Of a DNA stretch of 64,000 nt, positions 23,241 through 37,187 are shown piece by piece (position 1 is the stretch's first letter; every line of letters begins with the position of its first letter). The notes below the pieces were generated by a model. That model was not told where the DNA came from. It saw nothing but the letters and a program-made list of their open reading frames with translations, and made no database searches. This DNA comes from Takakia lepidozioides. Taxonomy: Eukaryota; Plantae; Bryophyta. The DNA is taken from NCBI GenBank assembly GCA_030704615.1, contig CM060731.1, positions 46,314,001-46,378,000 on the forward strand, given 5' to 3'. A program made the translations under genes and the position numbers.

Positions 23241-25143
23241 AAAACGTATGTTGGGCAGAGGGGTCCCATACACTGTTCACAAAAGTGTATGATGGGCAGA
23301 GGGAGCCCATACACAGTTTCTTGAAGAGTATGGAGACTAGGGTTTGTAGAGTATAGTAAGAAACACCTTCTTCATGGTATCTTCCTCCCTAACATGCATG
23401 CAAGATTGCATTATCTTACTTTGCAATGCATTCATCCCAAATTGACAAGTTCATCTTGATCTCCTTGGAACTCATAGCACGCTAATGTGCCCAATGACAA
23501 GTGCCAAGCCTTGCTTGAATTTGAATTTTGTATGCCATCTTCCATGTGCTTTCCCTTGCATGGGCTAGTCACACACACTTCCACCTCTTGACCTAGGTGT
23601 TGTCTTCATTCATCATAATGTGTATCCACACCTCTATTCAAGAGCTCATCTTCTCAAACTTGAAGTCACAAGCCCTAAAGAGCATGCTCCACATAAGCAT
23701 CACTTGCTTGATCAACCATCCACCACAAAACTTAAGCAAAAAGGGAATGAATACATGAGCTTCACCTTCCCCTTCCTTGTCTTGTCACATGCTAATGTAT
23801 CAATCTCATTTCTTCATGAAGACCACCTCCAATGATCTCCCACATGTGCTCCAAGCTCTTCAATACTCTAGGCTTGGTTTCACATCATCATGGATAGAAT
23901 TCTCACCCACATGCTTCCCTTTGGAGTCATCTTGAGCTTCTTGATGCTCTCCAAGTGGTTGCTTTTGTTGTCTTCAAGCCCTAGCCTATGTAGCTCCTTG
24001 GCTTTTTTTCCACAACATGCACCACCTCATGCACAATGAATGAACTTGCTCACTTCACCTTCTAGCTCTCCTCAAGCTTGAATTGGAAGCCACACTTGGA
24101 AAGCATGCTCCACACATGCGCCACTTGCTTGGTCAATCACTTGCTTCACCAAGAGCAATCCAAGAACTCATAGAACTAGCAAAAGCACTCCCTTCTAGCG
24201 CCGCCTTCGCTTGCTTGTTTGTCAACCAAATGAAACCCCACTTGGCTTCATTTCACCATGGATAGAACAACCACTTCTTAGCTTCTCTTGAGCTACTCAA
24301 TGCTCCTCAAGCTACCCTTGTTGTACTCCTTCTATGGTGTTTCCAACCCAAGCATGTGCCGCTCTTTGGCTTCTCTTTCACACCATGAACAAGTACTAGA
24401 GCTTGCTCTTGAAACCCTAGTGTCTATCTTCTCCACACACAAGACGCTTCTCTTGTGATGCAAGAGCTCTTTTCCAAGCTCTCAAACCCTTAGTGCACAT
24501 ACAAGCACTTACCTTGCAAAACCATGCAAGCTTTGTGATACAAGAGCTCTCTCCTTAAGCTCTCCACCGCTGCAAAGTCTTGTAACTCAAGAGCTCTCTC
24601 CTTGAGCTCTCCACCTCTTTGATGCAATGCAAAAACACTCCTCCTTGCAACACCTTGCAAGTCTTGTGAGATACTTGAGCTTTCCTAGCTCTCTCACTCC
24701 TTGGTGTACACCAACACAAGTGTTAAACTAATCCTTACACTCCGCACTCACAAGCATAAGGTGATCTTCTTGTAGTGATAATGGAAGTGAACACAGAATG
24801 GAAACACTCCACTCATGAATCCACTCAATCACATAAACTAAGTCAAGCCAAGGGCACCTTTGCTAAAGGAATCCACCCTACAAAGCCCTCACCACACTCC
24901 CTCTCAATACCTAGAGCTATGGAGGTGGGAGAGGCTCATGGAGGCTCAACTACAAGAAGATGAGCCCTCCTCAACACTCACAAGGGGAAAACCCATCCCC
25001 ATGTCCCAAGTGAGGTTTGACACCTCACTTGGCATGTGAGACCAAATGAAGTCCCAACACACAAAATACAAATATAAATATCCAAAATGTCCTAGTTAAC
25101 TAGAAGTAGGTAATTCTAGTTAACCATGACTAAAACCATGACA
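23241..25143 (-). mobile_element. Probable LTR retrotransposon relic: LTR 24721-25143 plus degenerate internal region truncated by the gap
   Basis: TGTCATGG...TTTAACA termini on the minus strand, followed by a TGG-containing site. Purine-skewed internal region with short repeats. No protein motifs recognised. Confidence 0.5.
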
Positions 25144-27329
25144 AAGCGGTGCACTGCATTTTTGGAAAATCGGCAACACAATTGAGAGACAAAGGCATGA
25201 GAGAAGACGAAACGATGCATTCAATGGATACGTACCCTGGTGCAAAACACCGGCCACTCATTCACATTCACAGTGATGCAAAATATGTGTAGACAAAAAA
25301 ACCCAGCGGGTAGTTCAGGGCACCCGAAAACGATTGGCGTTCGCTATTCCGCAATCTGCAAATGCAGTGGCCTACTCAGAATCATGGCACATTGTGTGCG
25401 CAATGACTCTCAGTAAATTCACTTATGCATTTGATCCTCTTAGTGGTCTCCATCATATGTAAGGTTTTAGAGATTCAGTCTTCAACGTACATGCGGAAGA
25501 AGCATGCACGCATCAAAGTTGGAAACAGTCAGTAGCTAGAGAAATAGAATAGATCTCTTAATGTCAACGATTCACCCAATGCTACTCCGTCGACAAAGTG
25601 CATCCTGATTTCTACCGATTCCAGCTATCCTAGTTGCAAGTGCTGGGATAGGAGATTACATAACGCCTTCATACACAAGAGCAACAACAAACTTCATGAC
25701 TGATATCCTGTCACAACTCCTCTACAAGGAGAAGCCAATTGGATAGGGAAGCTTAGTGATATGATACCACGCCGCGTAGCCATATAGGTAGGGGTATCGA
25801 CGCCTACATGCGTCCAGCCTTTTGCTGCAAGCAGATAGACATAAAAATTGAGGCACGGCCTCCCTTCTGTGAATGCCGCTGGTTCCAAGCCAGTGAAGCA
25901 CAATTAAATAAGCCTCTTCCGCATGACGGCTAATTTGCCGTGCTTCTGCCTGTTCTGCAGCATACTGAATTGCCTGCTCTCCCCGAAGGCGCTCCATGCT
26001 GTGGTGCCATTGAGTTGTGTGTGCAGTTCTCCTGAAGCGGGATCACATGGTAGTCGTGTGATGATGGGGCGAGTTGGCCCACAAAGATGACCACAACAAA
26101 TGTGTTCGCATGCTAACCGTGTGATGGAGGGGCGACTTGCCAAACGACGAAGTGAACAGGGACGACGTAGACACTACAAAGAAACAAGAGCGATGAAGAG
26201 CAAGTAAGAGCAAACAGAATGAAAGGCAAGTGGAGCGAAGTGGAGATATAATCTGCGCTCCCGCCAACCTGCTTCCCGCCAAATTCGAATGCAGTGACAA
26301 AACGGGGGCACCGTTGCCATTTCCGACAAAAATGAGGGGAATGGGTAAAGGTTCTTCTCAGCAATAACACAAAAAAACACAAGCCATGGTGGTGGCTCTG
26401 CCAGAAGTTCAAACCAACATTAACAGTCATGGTAAAGGCGTGCAACACAGTGATATCCCAACAAACCAACAGTCCAGCAGACCAGACTGATATCCCATCA
26501 GAACCACGCTTGGCGTCGCCGTCATGCCGTGCTTGCATTTCATCCGTCCACGGCCAGACTTACATATTCATGGCACAATAGACTGCTTAGAGAAAATACT
26601 AACAAAGATGCAGTCAAAGAACCTGTTCATCCACGCGCATTTGGAGTCGTAAGGACCTCGAGCATCCACAAACAACGTAATCTACATCTCTCAGGCTACA
26701 TCTCCTTTCCCATTGTCCAATTTGCAAGGAGATGGTAGTGGTTGAGATATGATGATTTAGGAGGTGCATCTGGATGCTTGAGGACCTTCGGACTGGATCT
26801 TGTTCCATTCACACTCTCCGGAGTTGCCAGACATGTGGTGACAGAGACGTCATCCCCTCAATAGTCTCATCGGTGGATATAAATTCTGCTATGTATACAC
26901 GCCCCCACGTGCATATGATTCCGCGATTTCCGCTATCGTGTTACCAATGGTTTCCTGCTCCATACGAAGGAGCTCGGACTCGGACAACGTCCCATCCACA
27001 CACCACAAACCGTAAACGCATGCATTTTTTCCACATATCGTCCTAAAAAGAACCACGTCAGCACAAAACGAAGGCGAAAATAGTGGAAGCATATGCACGA
27101 TGGTGGCTGTAGAGCCCCGCCAGCCCTCTCATGTTCAGGCACACCCTTCATCGTCATTAACATCGCCATAAACAAGAAGAACAGCCGCGTGCGTGCAAAG
27201 TCAGCTCCGCAACATTGGACAACAAAGAGTCGTAAGAACGAGACAACAAGAACGAGTGGCCGAGTTCGTGGCAGGATGTTGCGATTTTCCATGCCCTAAA
27301 CATGGATGGCGCGTATGGGTTTCTCAGAA

Positions 27330-27560
27330 TGGGCGGTTCAGATCCTTTGGCCGATGCGGGCACAACGGACTGTTGGGCGGACTTGCGGGGAGTGGCACAA
27401 CCGACTGGCCAGTCTGCGTACTGGCGGATTGAGGGGTAGCGGATTCATGGGCAGCGGACTGGCGGACTGGGGGCACGGCGGCAGCGGCGGGCGGGGGCCA
27501 GATGGGGGAGCTGGGCGTCCGTGCGCAGGGCCCACCGGTCAGCTCGCTCGTGCGCCTTAA
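27330..27560. repeat. GC-rich cluster of (G)CGGACT motifs, possible DNA-transposon subterminal region
   Basis: Repeated GGCGGACT/CGGACTG variants ending at GCGCCTTAA, followed by an abrupt switch to AT-rich DNA. No partner TIR found. Confidence 0.35.
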
Positions 27561-29458
27561 GGTCCCAATTATTGTAAAATGAGAGGCATATTTAATTCAC
27601 ACATCAATAAAGTTCTACCGGGGCCTTTGTCCCCTATTTTATAAGTAAATAAATAAATAAACTTTTCTCTTATGCAACACATGTTTGACATATAATTCGA
27701 ATATGTGATATGATATTTATTTCAATATAATATTTTAGGAAATTTTCAACTTAAGAGTTTTAGGGTGGAGCCATTATGCGACTAGCTGCTTGTTTTCTTA
27801 ATAATTAAAATACAAAATAGAAACCCAATGCCCATGGGCCCTTGTCCCATCCCAACAGGCCCAGTTCAAATCTCCTTCAGGCTTCCAGGCTCCAGGCAGC
27901 TTCATTTCCGTGCAAACCCTAAAAGTGCACCCTAATGATGATTAGTGAGGAGGATGAATATGATGACATTGTCGAGTCCATGCAGGAGCCTTTCGATGTT
28001 ACATCGAGCTCTCGCAAATAGATTGGGATTTGTAGGAAGTTATTTCCGCACACATATATTTGTATTGATTTTTGTTCAATGAAATTTTCATCTTATTACA
28101 AACAAGATGAGAAGAGGCCTGAAAGTTTTTTGCTGGAATTTTTAGGCATTAGGCACTTTGGTCCCACAATTTCCGTGCAATTAGGCCAAAATTTGAAAAA
28201 TTCCCAAAACGGGTTAGGCACTTTCAATTTGAATCAATTATCGCCTAAACGGTTGATAAGGACACTGGACACTTGGGCCAATGGCGCAGGCTACCCTAGT
28301 AATACACTATACAGTACGGTTTGGCGGTAGTAAATGTTTTGTTTTAAATTACCCAAAAGCCCTAATGTAACCTCGTCATCTTCACTCCAGCAACAGCACG
28401 GCTTACTTACACATCTGGAGAACACAAATCCAGAAATTGTGAAGGAAATCTCGAAATCTCTGCAACTCCTCGAAAATCCCATATGATTAAGCAGTTGAAT
28501 CTGGTGATGATCCTAAACTAGGGAAATGCGGCAGAAGTGTTGGGCTGAAAGAGATAGAGCCTCCAGCGCTGCGAACCTTCTGTGATCTTTGTATGGGAAT
28601 CCAGAGCTCTTTTGCTGCATGAAGCCTGAGGCTGGATGGGTTGTACAAATCTCATGACCCATTGAAGTATGTGAGGGATTGCATTTTGTCTCTTCGAAAT
28701 CATTCTGTTTTTCTGCGGTTGGATTACTGCCTCGGATTTGATGGGTTGTGCAATCTTTCCTTGCGGATTGATGCACGCCGAATCGGGCTGTCATATTTTT
28801 TCTCACATCATTGCGTGTACATAAGCCACCTCTACATTAGTATCTGTCACCGAACAGTCCCTTGCTCAGCGGATAAGCGAATAGAAATGCAATGAAGTGG
28901 TTGCGATTGATGGAGATCGTTTCTCGCAGACTCGGAAGCACAAGGTATGTTTTGGAGGCCGCCCGACGAGAAGGGCCTCTCGTGGACCGTTGTTGAGCAG
29001 AGTTGGGCAGCAGTGGAAGCAGGGCAGCCATGGTGGTTGCCAGTTTGAAGTCTTCCGTTCAGGCAGGTTGATTCTGTAGAGGAGCAATTCCGATAACCAT
29101 CTGATGGCGTGTGTACACCTTTGGGAGGAAAGGCATTAGTGAGGGGCTGAGCGAGAGAGATTGTAAATCTATTCCATGTAGGAAAATCTTAGTCTGTACT
29201 ATCATGCTCAGGGGAATTTACCCTTGAGCCGTGAGATTTTAGCTGTATAATAAGGAAAAATAGGAGATGTTGGCTTCTCTCTTAAATCGTATTCTGTTCT
29301 TCCCTACCTTGTGTTTTCTGATACTCCCTCAACGTTTTGAGTGTCTCTTCATGTCACCACTTTTTCTTCACGACATACCTGCTCCTGTGAAATGAAAGCA
29401 AGGAGATCCAGGACTTGATTCCGGTTTTACATGCAAGCCGCCTCAATACAAGGGTAAG

Positions 29459-31367
29459 ATGATGCAAAGGGGCTCTGACAGCACAGCTCAAGTCTGTCCT
29501 GCAGATCGACTTGTTGATTTAGGGACTTTCTAAGATGTGCAGTTGCTTTTGATCGGTAGAGACATTTTCAATGACCTAGTGAAGTTCCTTTCTACAGGCT
29601 CAAACTGCCCAAAATGCTTTCAACGAGCTTCTTGACTCCTTGATAGCAGATGTGGCAACAGAAGCACACAGAGCTGCATACCTTGGTTTTGACTACAGGC
29701 TTGATAATGAAGAGGAAGAGGAAGCCCAGCTGTGTGTCCATGCAAGAGCAACAGTGGGAGATGTGGATATCAATGGAACTGACATGGGTGGCAAGTATGC
29801 GGTGGATGTGTTTGGCCAATCACATCCTACCATTGCTAGTGAGATGCTTAATTGTATGAATTGTGGCCGCCCAATTGTGGCTGGCCGTTTTGCTCCTCAT
29901 CTGGAGAAGTGTATGGGGAAGGTGAGACTTCCCACATTGTATCCTACTGAGATCATTGGCTCTCATTTCTTTGGTACTTTGAGGAAAGGGCAAGGGAGTC
30001 TTGAAGGTGGCAGCTGTTTTTGTGTCAAGTGCTTTGTAACTGTTTGCCTCAGAAGCACTTTTCCTCTTTAAACACAAATGTGGATTGTTGGGCTTGCATT
30101 GTAACATGATTTTGGTAGCTGAGAACATTGATGGGATGCCAAGATGGGATACGATTGTCTCAGTAGAGTGTTATGGCTGGTTGCTCAGTTTCTCGGAAAC
30201 ATGAAAATCCATTCATAACTTGCAAACCTTTAACATTGGACTGCAGGGTCGTAAAGCACGCTTGAAGGCAAGATCCAACATGAGCTCAGCCCAGCAGCGG
30301 CGAGGGCGGGCTGCCCCTCTTTCATCAACTGCCAACAATACAGGAGCCAGTAGCAACCGTACAACCAATAAGACAATGGGTCGAATGCCTGCTTCCACCC
30401 TGGAGGACTCGCAGCAAATTGTGATGGACGTCAATGATGCTACATCCGAAGAGAGCCCGGAGGATGACAAGGTAAGGAGTACTTCAATCATGTGTATCAA
30501 GACCATGGGCATTGTTGAATCTCAGCCGTTGATTGCATAGAAGTGTGTAGAGAAACATGAATGGATCCAAGATCTTGCAACTTTGTACTGCACCTGCAAT
30601 TTGATGGCGGTTCTTTTTACCTATGTGTAGGGCTCAAACATTGATTGAGAACCCAAAAATGCTAGCGAAACCTTCTAACATTTATGTGGTGGCGAGGGCC
30701 TCACCTGTGGTGACCTCAGGGGAACGCTTAAACCCCACCCTACACAAGGAGATCTGGGGTCTCTGTGTAGTGGACTTTGGAGGTATTTTAAGTGTTGCTG
30801 CATGAGATGAATATCTCAGCTATATAGATCTGTCATTATGTTCTGCTTCTGGTCATGGAGGATGTGATGTTCATTAACTGAGAAATTGGTGTGCAGGATA
30901 TATTGCCAAAGCACCCACATCCTGGCAAGGCGAGATCAAAGACAAGCTCTAGGAAAGGCCAGCGAGCAACTGTGGGATCTGCGGGTCAGCGGGCATCAAC
31001 AGCAATGGTGCCATTTCCTTCTGAAGGTGTGGTTGGTAGAGGTTCATCAGTGCCAGACACTGCCCTGGGATCTCAGACTGGGTTGGTGTCGGGAATGGCC
31101 GTGCAGGTTTCTGTTGAAGCCGAGACTGTAGGTTCGAATCACAAGACAAGGCTGACAGGCAATGTAATGCAGTCAGGCAACCCCAAAGGAAAAAGACTTA
31201 GTGAGAAGAGGAAGAATATGGGACAAGTGCTTGCACGTAAAACCAGTGTAATGAACAGTGCTATGCCGGCTGCTAGAGGTGATGGAGATGCTAGGAAGAG
31301 TGTAGAGGTGAGAATTGAAGCGTCAGACAGTACATCAATGCTACCCTTCAGGAAACATGTCTGGTGA
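29459..31367 (+). CDS. SGF11: SAGA deubiquitinase-module subunit SGF11/ATXN7L3 homolog (~350 aa); exons 29459-29491, 29598-29921, 30247-30471, 30897-31367
   Basis: DSLIADVATEAHR..LG; VDVFGQSHP; CMNCGRPIVAGRFAPHLEKCMGK|GRKAR. GT-AG phase-0 introns keep the frame. The first and last exons are less certain. Confidence 0.92.
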
Positions 31368-32730
31368 ACGACTAGGGTTCGACACCAGCGGGTTCTCAAT
31401 AGCAATTTGTGCAACTCCAAGGCAAAAGCCCTTGGACGCACTCGTGATTCTTAAGAAGGTCATCAACTCATTGGTGGGCAATATGGGAGCTGAGTTCATG
31501 GACCAGGAAATAGAATTTGGCATATCTATTTGCCAAGCCTAGATTTTGGAGAACTCTGGAATTTGTAGTATGCAGCTAGGCAGATCAATTCTTTTTCCAA
31601 AATGTTTAAGTGGTTTGGGGGTCAAACCATACACCAGTATTATGCTTAGGGTTTAATGAGGTTATTTGCCATATAATCTGGCAATCCAATGCATTGAACA
31701 AAGCTGAATGGAATTCTAAGGGATTGATGGGAGGTTTCTATGATATGTGGTAAGGTGCTTGTTCTTTTTCTGTATGCCTTCCCATTGGCCTATTCTCTCA
31801 ATGGGTGCCTTGTGAGCCATGAAAAGAAGAGTTGGGTTTCTTTTCTTGGCACCACAGTCCACTAGGTTTCCTCTTGTATTCCTCATTTGTTACTACTCTA
31901 GGACCGATTTACTAACACATGTAGCAGCAGTGGACACAATGTGTGTAAACACCGACCTTGTGCACTGCTTGAGGCTTTCAACAAGGCCAACAGGGATGTA
32001 AATCCCTGGAGGGCTTTATTAAAAACCAAAACAAGAAGCAACTCAAGCAAACCCCAACCAGTAGCCTGGCCCCTGAAGCAAAATGGGGTGTTGATGAGGC
32101 CAAGCATTTTACTCTCATGGGTCATGAATCCGCAGGCGCGAAGTCCATGAGGGTCGCCCTTGGCTGCTTGATGACCCATCAGCTGTAAAATGCTGGGCGT
32201 TGATAGCCCTTAGCCTTGCATGAATGTAGTGGCAGCACCAGCAATGCTTTTCCAATTGTACTTGTGTGGCCTGTGCCCTCGAGCACATGCTACATTTATG
32301 ACCATGTGTACCAAAAGGCAAATGAAGGGCCAATTTTCTATTTTTCATGAATTTCGAGTGACAAAAAAATACTTGACTCGATTCAATATCTCCCACACTG
32401 CAGTTATGAAACCGCCTCCATGCACCCCTGCTGGTCGAGGCCTTATGAACCCTGGGCAGAGGCCTTTGTGGTTTGGGAGTTCTGAACAACAAAACGAAAC
32501 AAAGCAAACTACCTTGCTTAATGTATTGATATTGGTACGGCTGGATCCCAACTAGGATTCAAACTCGGTGATCGTTCCAGGATTGGTGCTCATGAGAGCC
32601 ATGAGGGAAGATGCAAGTGTCAGAAGAGTGAGAGTGACATGCCCGTAACCTGCAAGGTGACTGTAGATACTACCCAGATGGACACAGTTCATGCAGGTTC
32701 CAACTAGTTTCTTTACAGCTACATTGAGCT

Positions 32731-33210
32731 CGTAAAATGGAGTATTCCACCTGTTGCAAATGCTCTTCTGTTCGTTGGCTGGATGAAAAGCAGGGTGGTT
32801 GGTGAAGCTAATTAAATGTGCCTAATATTAGCCTAGGCCCTTGTCTCATTCCAACAGTAACCTAATCAGACAGGGTGGCTGCTGATGTGTGGAAGAAACT
32901 TAGAGAAATCCTGGCAGCCAATAAGAGGCCACCATTTGCCATTCTAGATTAGCCCTCTTCTTAATATAAAAAGCGGATGGCTTATGCCAAACGCAAGATG
33001 TTTTTGGGTGATCAGCACTGTGTACTTGGATGTGCCGGGCAGTTGGATGATTTGCACTTGATACCCCTGCATGAGATTAGATTGGCCCACCTGTGAGAGT
33101 CCTCTAGCGAGAGATCCTTCCCATCTAGCTTGGCGTGCTTTACTGGCTATTTCCCCGCTTGAGGCCCAAACACACAGAGGAAAAGGGAATATTCCTCGGG
33201 TTGAGAAGTT
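32731..33210 (+). repeat. 5' LTR of the gypsy element
   Basis: Matches 43443-43921. Starts CG instead of TG and lacks the terminal GGTCTTA(C/T)A. Confidence 0.9.
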
Positions 33211-33221
33211 TGGTGGAGATG
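33211..33221 (+). promoter_or_regulatory. Primer binding site, tRNA-Ala type
   Basis: TGGTGGAGATG is complementary to the 3' end of cytosolic tRNA-Ala (...CAUCUCCACCA). Confidence 0.75.
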
Positions 33222-33429
33222 GGGGGGCATTTTAATCTGACGGCTCGGGTGTGCTAAGAATGATAACCTAGGTTCGGTCTGGCTATGGTGCAACGACGGC
33301 TGTACGAGAGATCTAGGAAAATGGCGGCTCAATCCACCCTGCACAATCATTTGCTCCACCCTGTGTATGTTGTTGTTGCTAGTGTTGTGTCTTCCTGCCT
33401 TATGAGTGAACACTGTGTACGCAGCGGCC

Positions 33430-34233
33430 ATGGCATCCAGCTCGAGTAATGCTGCTTCCTTTGAAGTTGAGGACGACTCGTTTGAAGCTGTTTTTCTGGG
33501 GGTTGTACGTGACCTAGCGTCACTTGATGTGCTGAGGCCTTACGACGGAGAGCCACCTGTGAGAGGGGATGCAGAGATCCCGCTTGATGTTCCCTCTGAT
33601 TACTGGATAGAAAAGTTTGAGCAAACTGCTGTTGATGAAGCTCGCAAAGACGTGCATTCTGAGGGTGAGAAGCGCGAACAACGTCGCAAGATCGCTGAAG
33701 CCAAGCAGGGTGCTTTTGCTGGCAGATTGCTGCAGAGGCTGCATGCGATAGAGACAGCCAAACGCTTACCTCGCGCAGTCATCCGTGAGCGACTTGGACA
33801 GGGTAAGCTGCTTACTTGGCCGCAAATTGGCGTTCCCAAGTTTGTTGTCACCCGAAATCGCACCAACAATCTTGAGAGCTTCCTGCACCCCAAGGTTCCC
33901 AGTGGCTACCGATTTTGGGAGCTCGTTCGTGGAGGAAGTGCGGCGGCACTGACGAACATTCGCCCTGCTTGGACTGCTAACCAGCCTGCTAACGACTTTT
34001 TGTGGGAACAATCCATTACGGGTGTTCCGCAACAATTGTTTTGTTTCTCTTCTCATGACATTGTAATCTTCACTGGTGAAAGCTTTGATCAAGAAACCAT
34101 TGGGCTTTGCCAAGTACAGGTTTCTACTGAGAAATATCCTTTACACTCGTTGGTGATCAAGGAGAAGGTGGTGCGTACGGTGACCCGCGTTACATTCTGG
34201 TTAAAGGTAGCCCCAAAACTCTGGCATTTATAG
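33430..34233 (+). CDS. Extra ORF upstream of gag (~267 aa, probably continued past the TAG to ~34329); unknown function
   Basis: Long open frame with protein-like composition between the PBS and the gag start, in a different frame from gag. Confidence 0.7.
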   Translation: MASSSSNAASFEVEDDSFEAVFLGVVRDLASLDVLRPYDGEPPVRGDAEIPLDVPSDYWIEKFEQTAVDEARKDVHSEGEKREQRRKIAEAKQGAFAGRLLQRLHAIETAKRLPRAVIRERLGQGKLLTWPQIGVPKFVVTRNRTNNLESFLHPKVPSGYRFWELVRGGSAAALTNIRPAWTANQPANDFLWEQSITGVPQQLFCFSSHDIVIFTGESFDQETIGLCQVQVSTEKYPLHSLVIKEKVVRTVTRVTFWLKVAPKLWHL

Positions 34234-34361
34234 GGAGAGGCAATCTATCTCAGTTACAACCACCGCTTCATTTCTTCCTACACTGTCACGGATTGGGAGA
34301 AGAGCATGCTGCATCCTAGTGACAGGTGATTCTCCCTGGACGATTTTTGTTGCTCTACTGA

Positions 34362-37187
34362 ATGCTCACAAGAGCTAAATCTAAACTTTTAGAGAATCAA
34401 GCCAGTAAGATGGGAGAGGTAAAGGATGCTTGTGAATGAATTTTTGAAGCCAATGAGCCTAGTACTGAGTTCATTACGGATGGGACAAGACTGTCGGGTC
34501 CTGAAACTCAGCCAAGTGTGGCTGCCCCATCTCAGGTTGAACAGCAAACAGGTGAACCAGAGCTTGATGACTTGTGCCATGCAATGCGCCTTATTTCTGA
34601 CTGTCCTGCTTTGTTGGAATTGCTCCTTGCTAAACGTGCTCAGAATGTAGTTGTGCCTGCAAGATCCCATGAGACCCGCATGACGAAGCAACCTTATCCG
34701 GAGTACAAGGTGGGGCAAAATTTTGATAATTTTCTCACCTTTTTTGAGATGAGTGTGAAGATGAATGCAGTCCCACCTACTTTTGTCACAAATGCATTTC
34801 GTTTTTGTCTCAAGGGAGAGGCCCAGGAACTCTTCGAAGCCACTATCAAAGATCTAGTGGATGTACCATGGTTTGAATCGAAAGTTTTGGCTGAGAAATT
34901 GCCTGATTACTGTGTACCTGAGAGACGATACCAGGAGGGGGAAAGTATACATAAGTACTATACTGATATACGTACAGCTGTGTGTAAGACTATTCCTGTT
35001 CTCTCGGAAAGGCCATTGGCCATCAAGCTTGGCTTCATCCAAGGCCTGCCTCCTGCAGAGCAAATATATCTGCAACGAAACAAGTACTCCACCGAAAAAG
35101 AAATGGTTCGGTTAATTGAAGAACGTTTGTGCACTAAAGCAGCTAAACGGGGAGTTGTGCCCAAAATTCAACCTACCCACATGATGAGTGATGTATCCGA
35201 ACTGGTGATGAGCTCTAACAAGGGAGAAGCCCTAGCGCTTCTTCCTGCAGTGGTACGAGATGTGCAGGAAACGGTTCGACTTGAAGTACAGGTCTTTAAG
35301 GCTGATGCTCGCTGGCAAGCCCCATCAAATTTCAACCAGAGTGGTGGCAACAGGGGATGCACTAATACTGGTGTTGGTTATCAAAATCCTGCGGCCTGTT
35401 ATATTTGCAAAGGCAAGGATCATGTTACCAGATTTTGCCCTTACCAAGCTGATCTACCAGGTATGATTGAAAAGGGAAAAAGAAAAGAAGGGTAAGGCTC
35501 GTTTAAACGAATAGGGTCACTTGCTTCTGAAGGGACAGGTGATCGTAGAGTTAAACCTTCAGAACCCTTAACTACTGTTCTTGTTTCTGACACATTCAAG
35601 TTGCTACATACTGAAGTGCTTAAACCCCGGAAGAAGCTACGTATATGCCCACTACTTACTCAATGTCATGTAGGCCATTTGTCTTTTTCTTGCATAGTTG
35701 ACACTGGGTGCACGGTTTCTGCTGTTCCATTACATGTAGTTCAGGTGTTGGGTTTGAAACTGGTACCTGCCAAAAGACTGGAGGTTACTATAGCTGATGG
35801 CACCAAGTATGAGCCTTTAGGGCTTGTAACCTTGCCCATTGGTATAGCTGGACAGGTGGTCACAGTGACTGGTATCGTCACTATGGGAGAACAATTTCTG
35901 ATTGGCTTGGATTGGATGAGGGAAGCCAGGGCAGAAATCAATCTACACACTAATGTCATGACCTTGAGCAATGGCCATGGTACCAGACACACTGTCAATC
36001 TGAACTCTGTTCCTATCATGGCTGGAAGTTCCACTCGACATCTTATTCAGATGAAGGCGATTGCTCAAGAGGTTCGCCAAAGAGCTGGTGTTGCCATGAC
36101 CAACATTGCTGCAGTCAGTGACGACACTATTCTCACCTCAGAGCAAGAGGAGCACTTTGCCCAAGTGTTGGCCGAAATCCAGGTGGGTGATATAACCAAG
36201 GGTCAGCTGGCCAAATTGCATACTTTGATCCGTAGAAACTTGTCTGTATTCAGTCGAGGGTCTCATGATCTTGGTAGAACCAATGTTTTGAAACATGGGA
36301 TTATCACTGATGGGCATCCTGTCAAGCAATATGCCTATCATGAATCTGTCCGTGAGAGGGCAGTAGTCCAGGATGAGATTAAGAAAATGTTGAATGTAGG
36401 TGTCATCCGCCCCTCTGTGTCACCTTGGGCCAGCCCGATTGTGTTGGTAGCCAAAAAGGACGGTTCCACCAGGTTTTGTGTTGACTTCAGACGGCTAAAT
36501 TCCATGACTAGGAGAGATGTGTACCCTTTACCAAGAATTAACGAGACCCTAGATCAGCTTAGTGGTGCCACCATTTTCTCTTCACTTGACCTAGCTTCTG
36601 GCTTTTGGCAAGTCCCTCTAACAGAAGAATATAAAGAGAAGACTGCTTTTACATGCAGATATGGCATGTATCAATATGAGACCATGCCATTCGGACTCTG
36701 CAATGCCACAACAACTTTCCAAAGACTTATGGATGTCGTCCTTGGCAATCTGAGATGGGAATGTGCATTGGTATACATTGACGACATTAATGTTTATTCT
36801 GCTACTTTCGATTCTCACCTCGTTGACCTGCAGTGTGTGTTATGTCGTCTCAGAGCTGCAGGTCTCAAGGTTAAAGCCAAAAAATGCGATTTCTGCATGA
36901 CAGAGCTCAAATTTCTTGGCCACATCCTCTGTGGGGCAGGCATCAAACCTGATGTTAGCAAAATCCAGGCAGTATGGGACTTCCCTGTTCCACGTGATAA
37001 GCATTGTATCCGTGCATTCCTTGGCCTTGCCTCCTATTATAGACGTTTTATCCTCCATTTTGCTAACATGGCTGGTCCCTTGTTTAGGCTACTATGCAAG
37101 GATGTTCGCTTTCACTGGGGCATACCTGAAACCAAGGCCTTTGAACAGCTGAAGATAGCCTTCACAATTGCTCCAGTGCTGGTTTTC
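34362..37187 (+). pseudogene. gag-pol, 5' part (gag, CCHC knuckle, protease, RT); in-frame stops at ~34437 and 35493
   Basis: MLTRAKSK start; CYICKGKDHVTRFC; IVDTGC; SPWASPIVLV..RFCVDFRRLN; YIDDINVY. gag and pol share one frame. Confidence 0.92.

Noticed and set aside
22575-23356. ORFs of ~200 aa in the ORF track
   Set aside because: Artefacts of translating the N gap.
25694-27299. Short minus/plus ORFs as a gene
   Set aside because: No recognisable motifs or consistent exon structure. Possibly decayed TE cargo.
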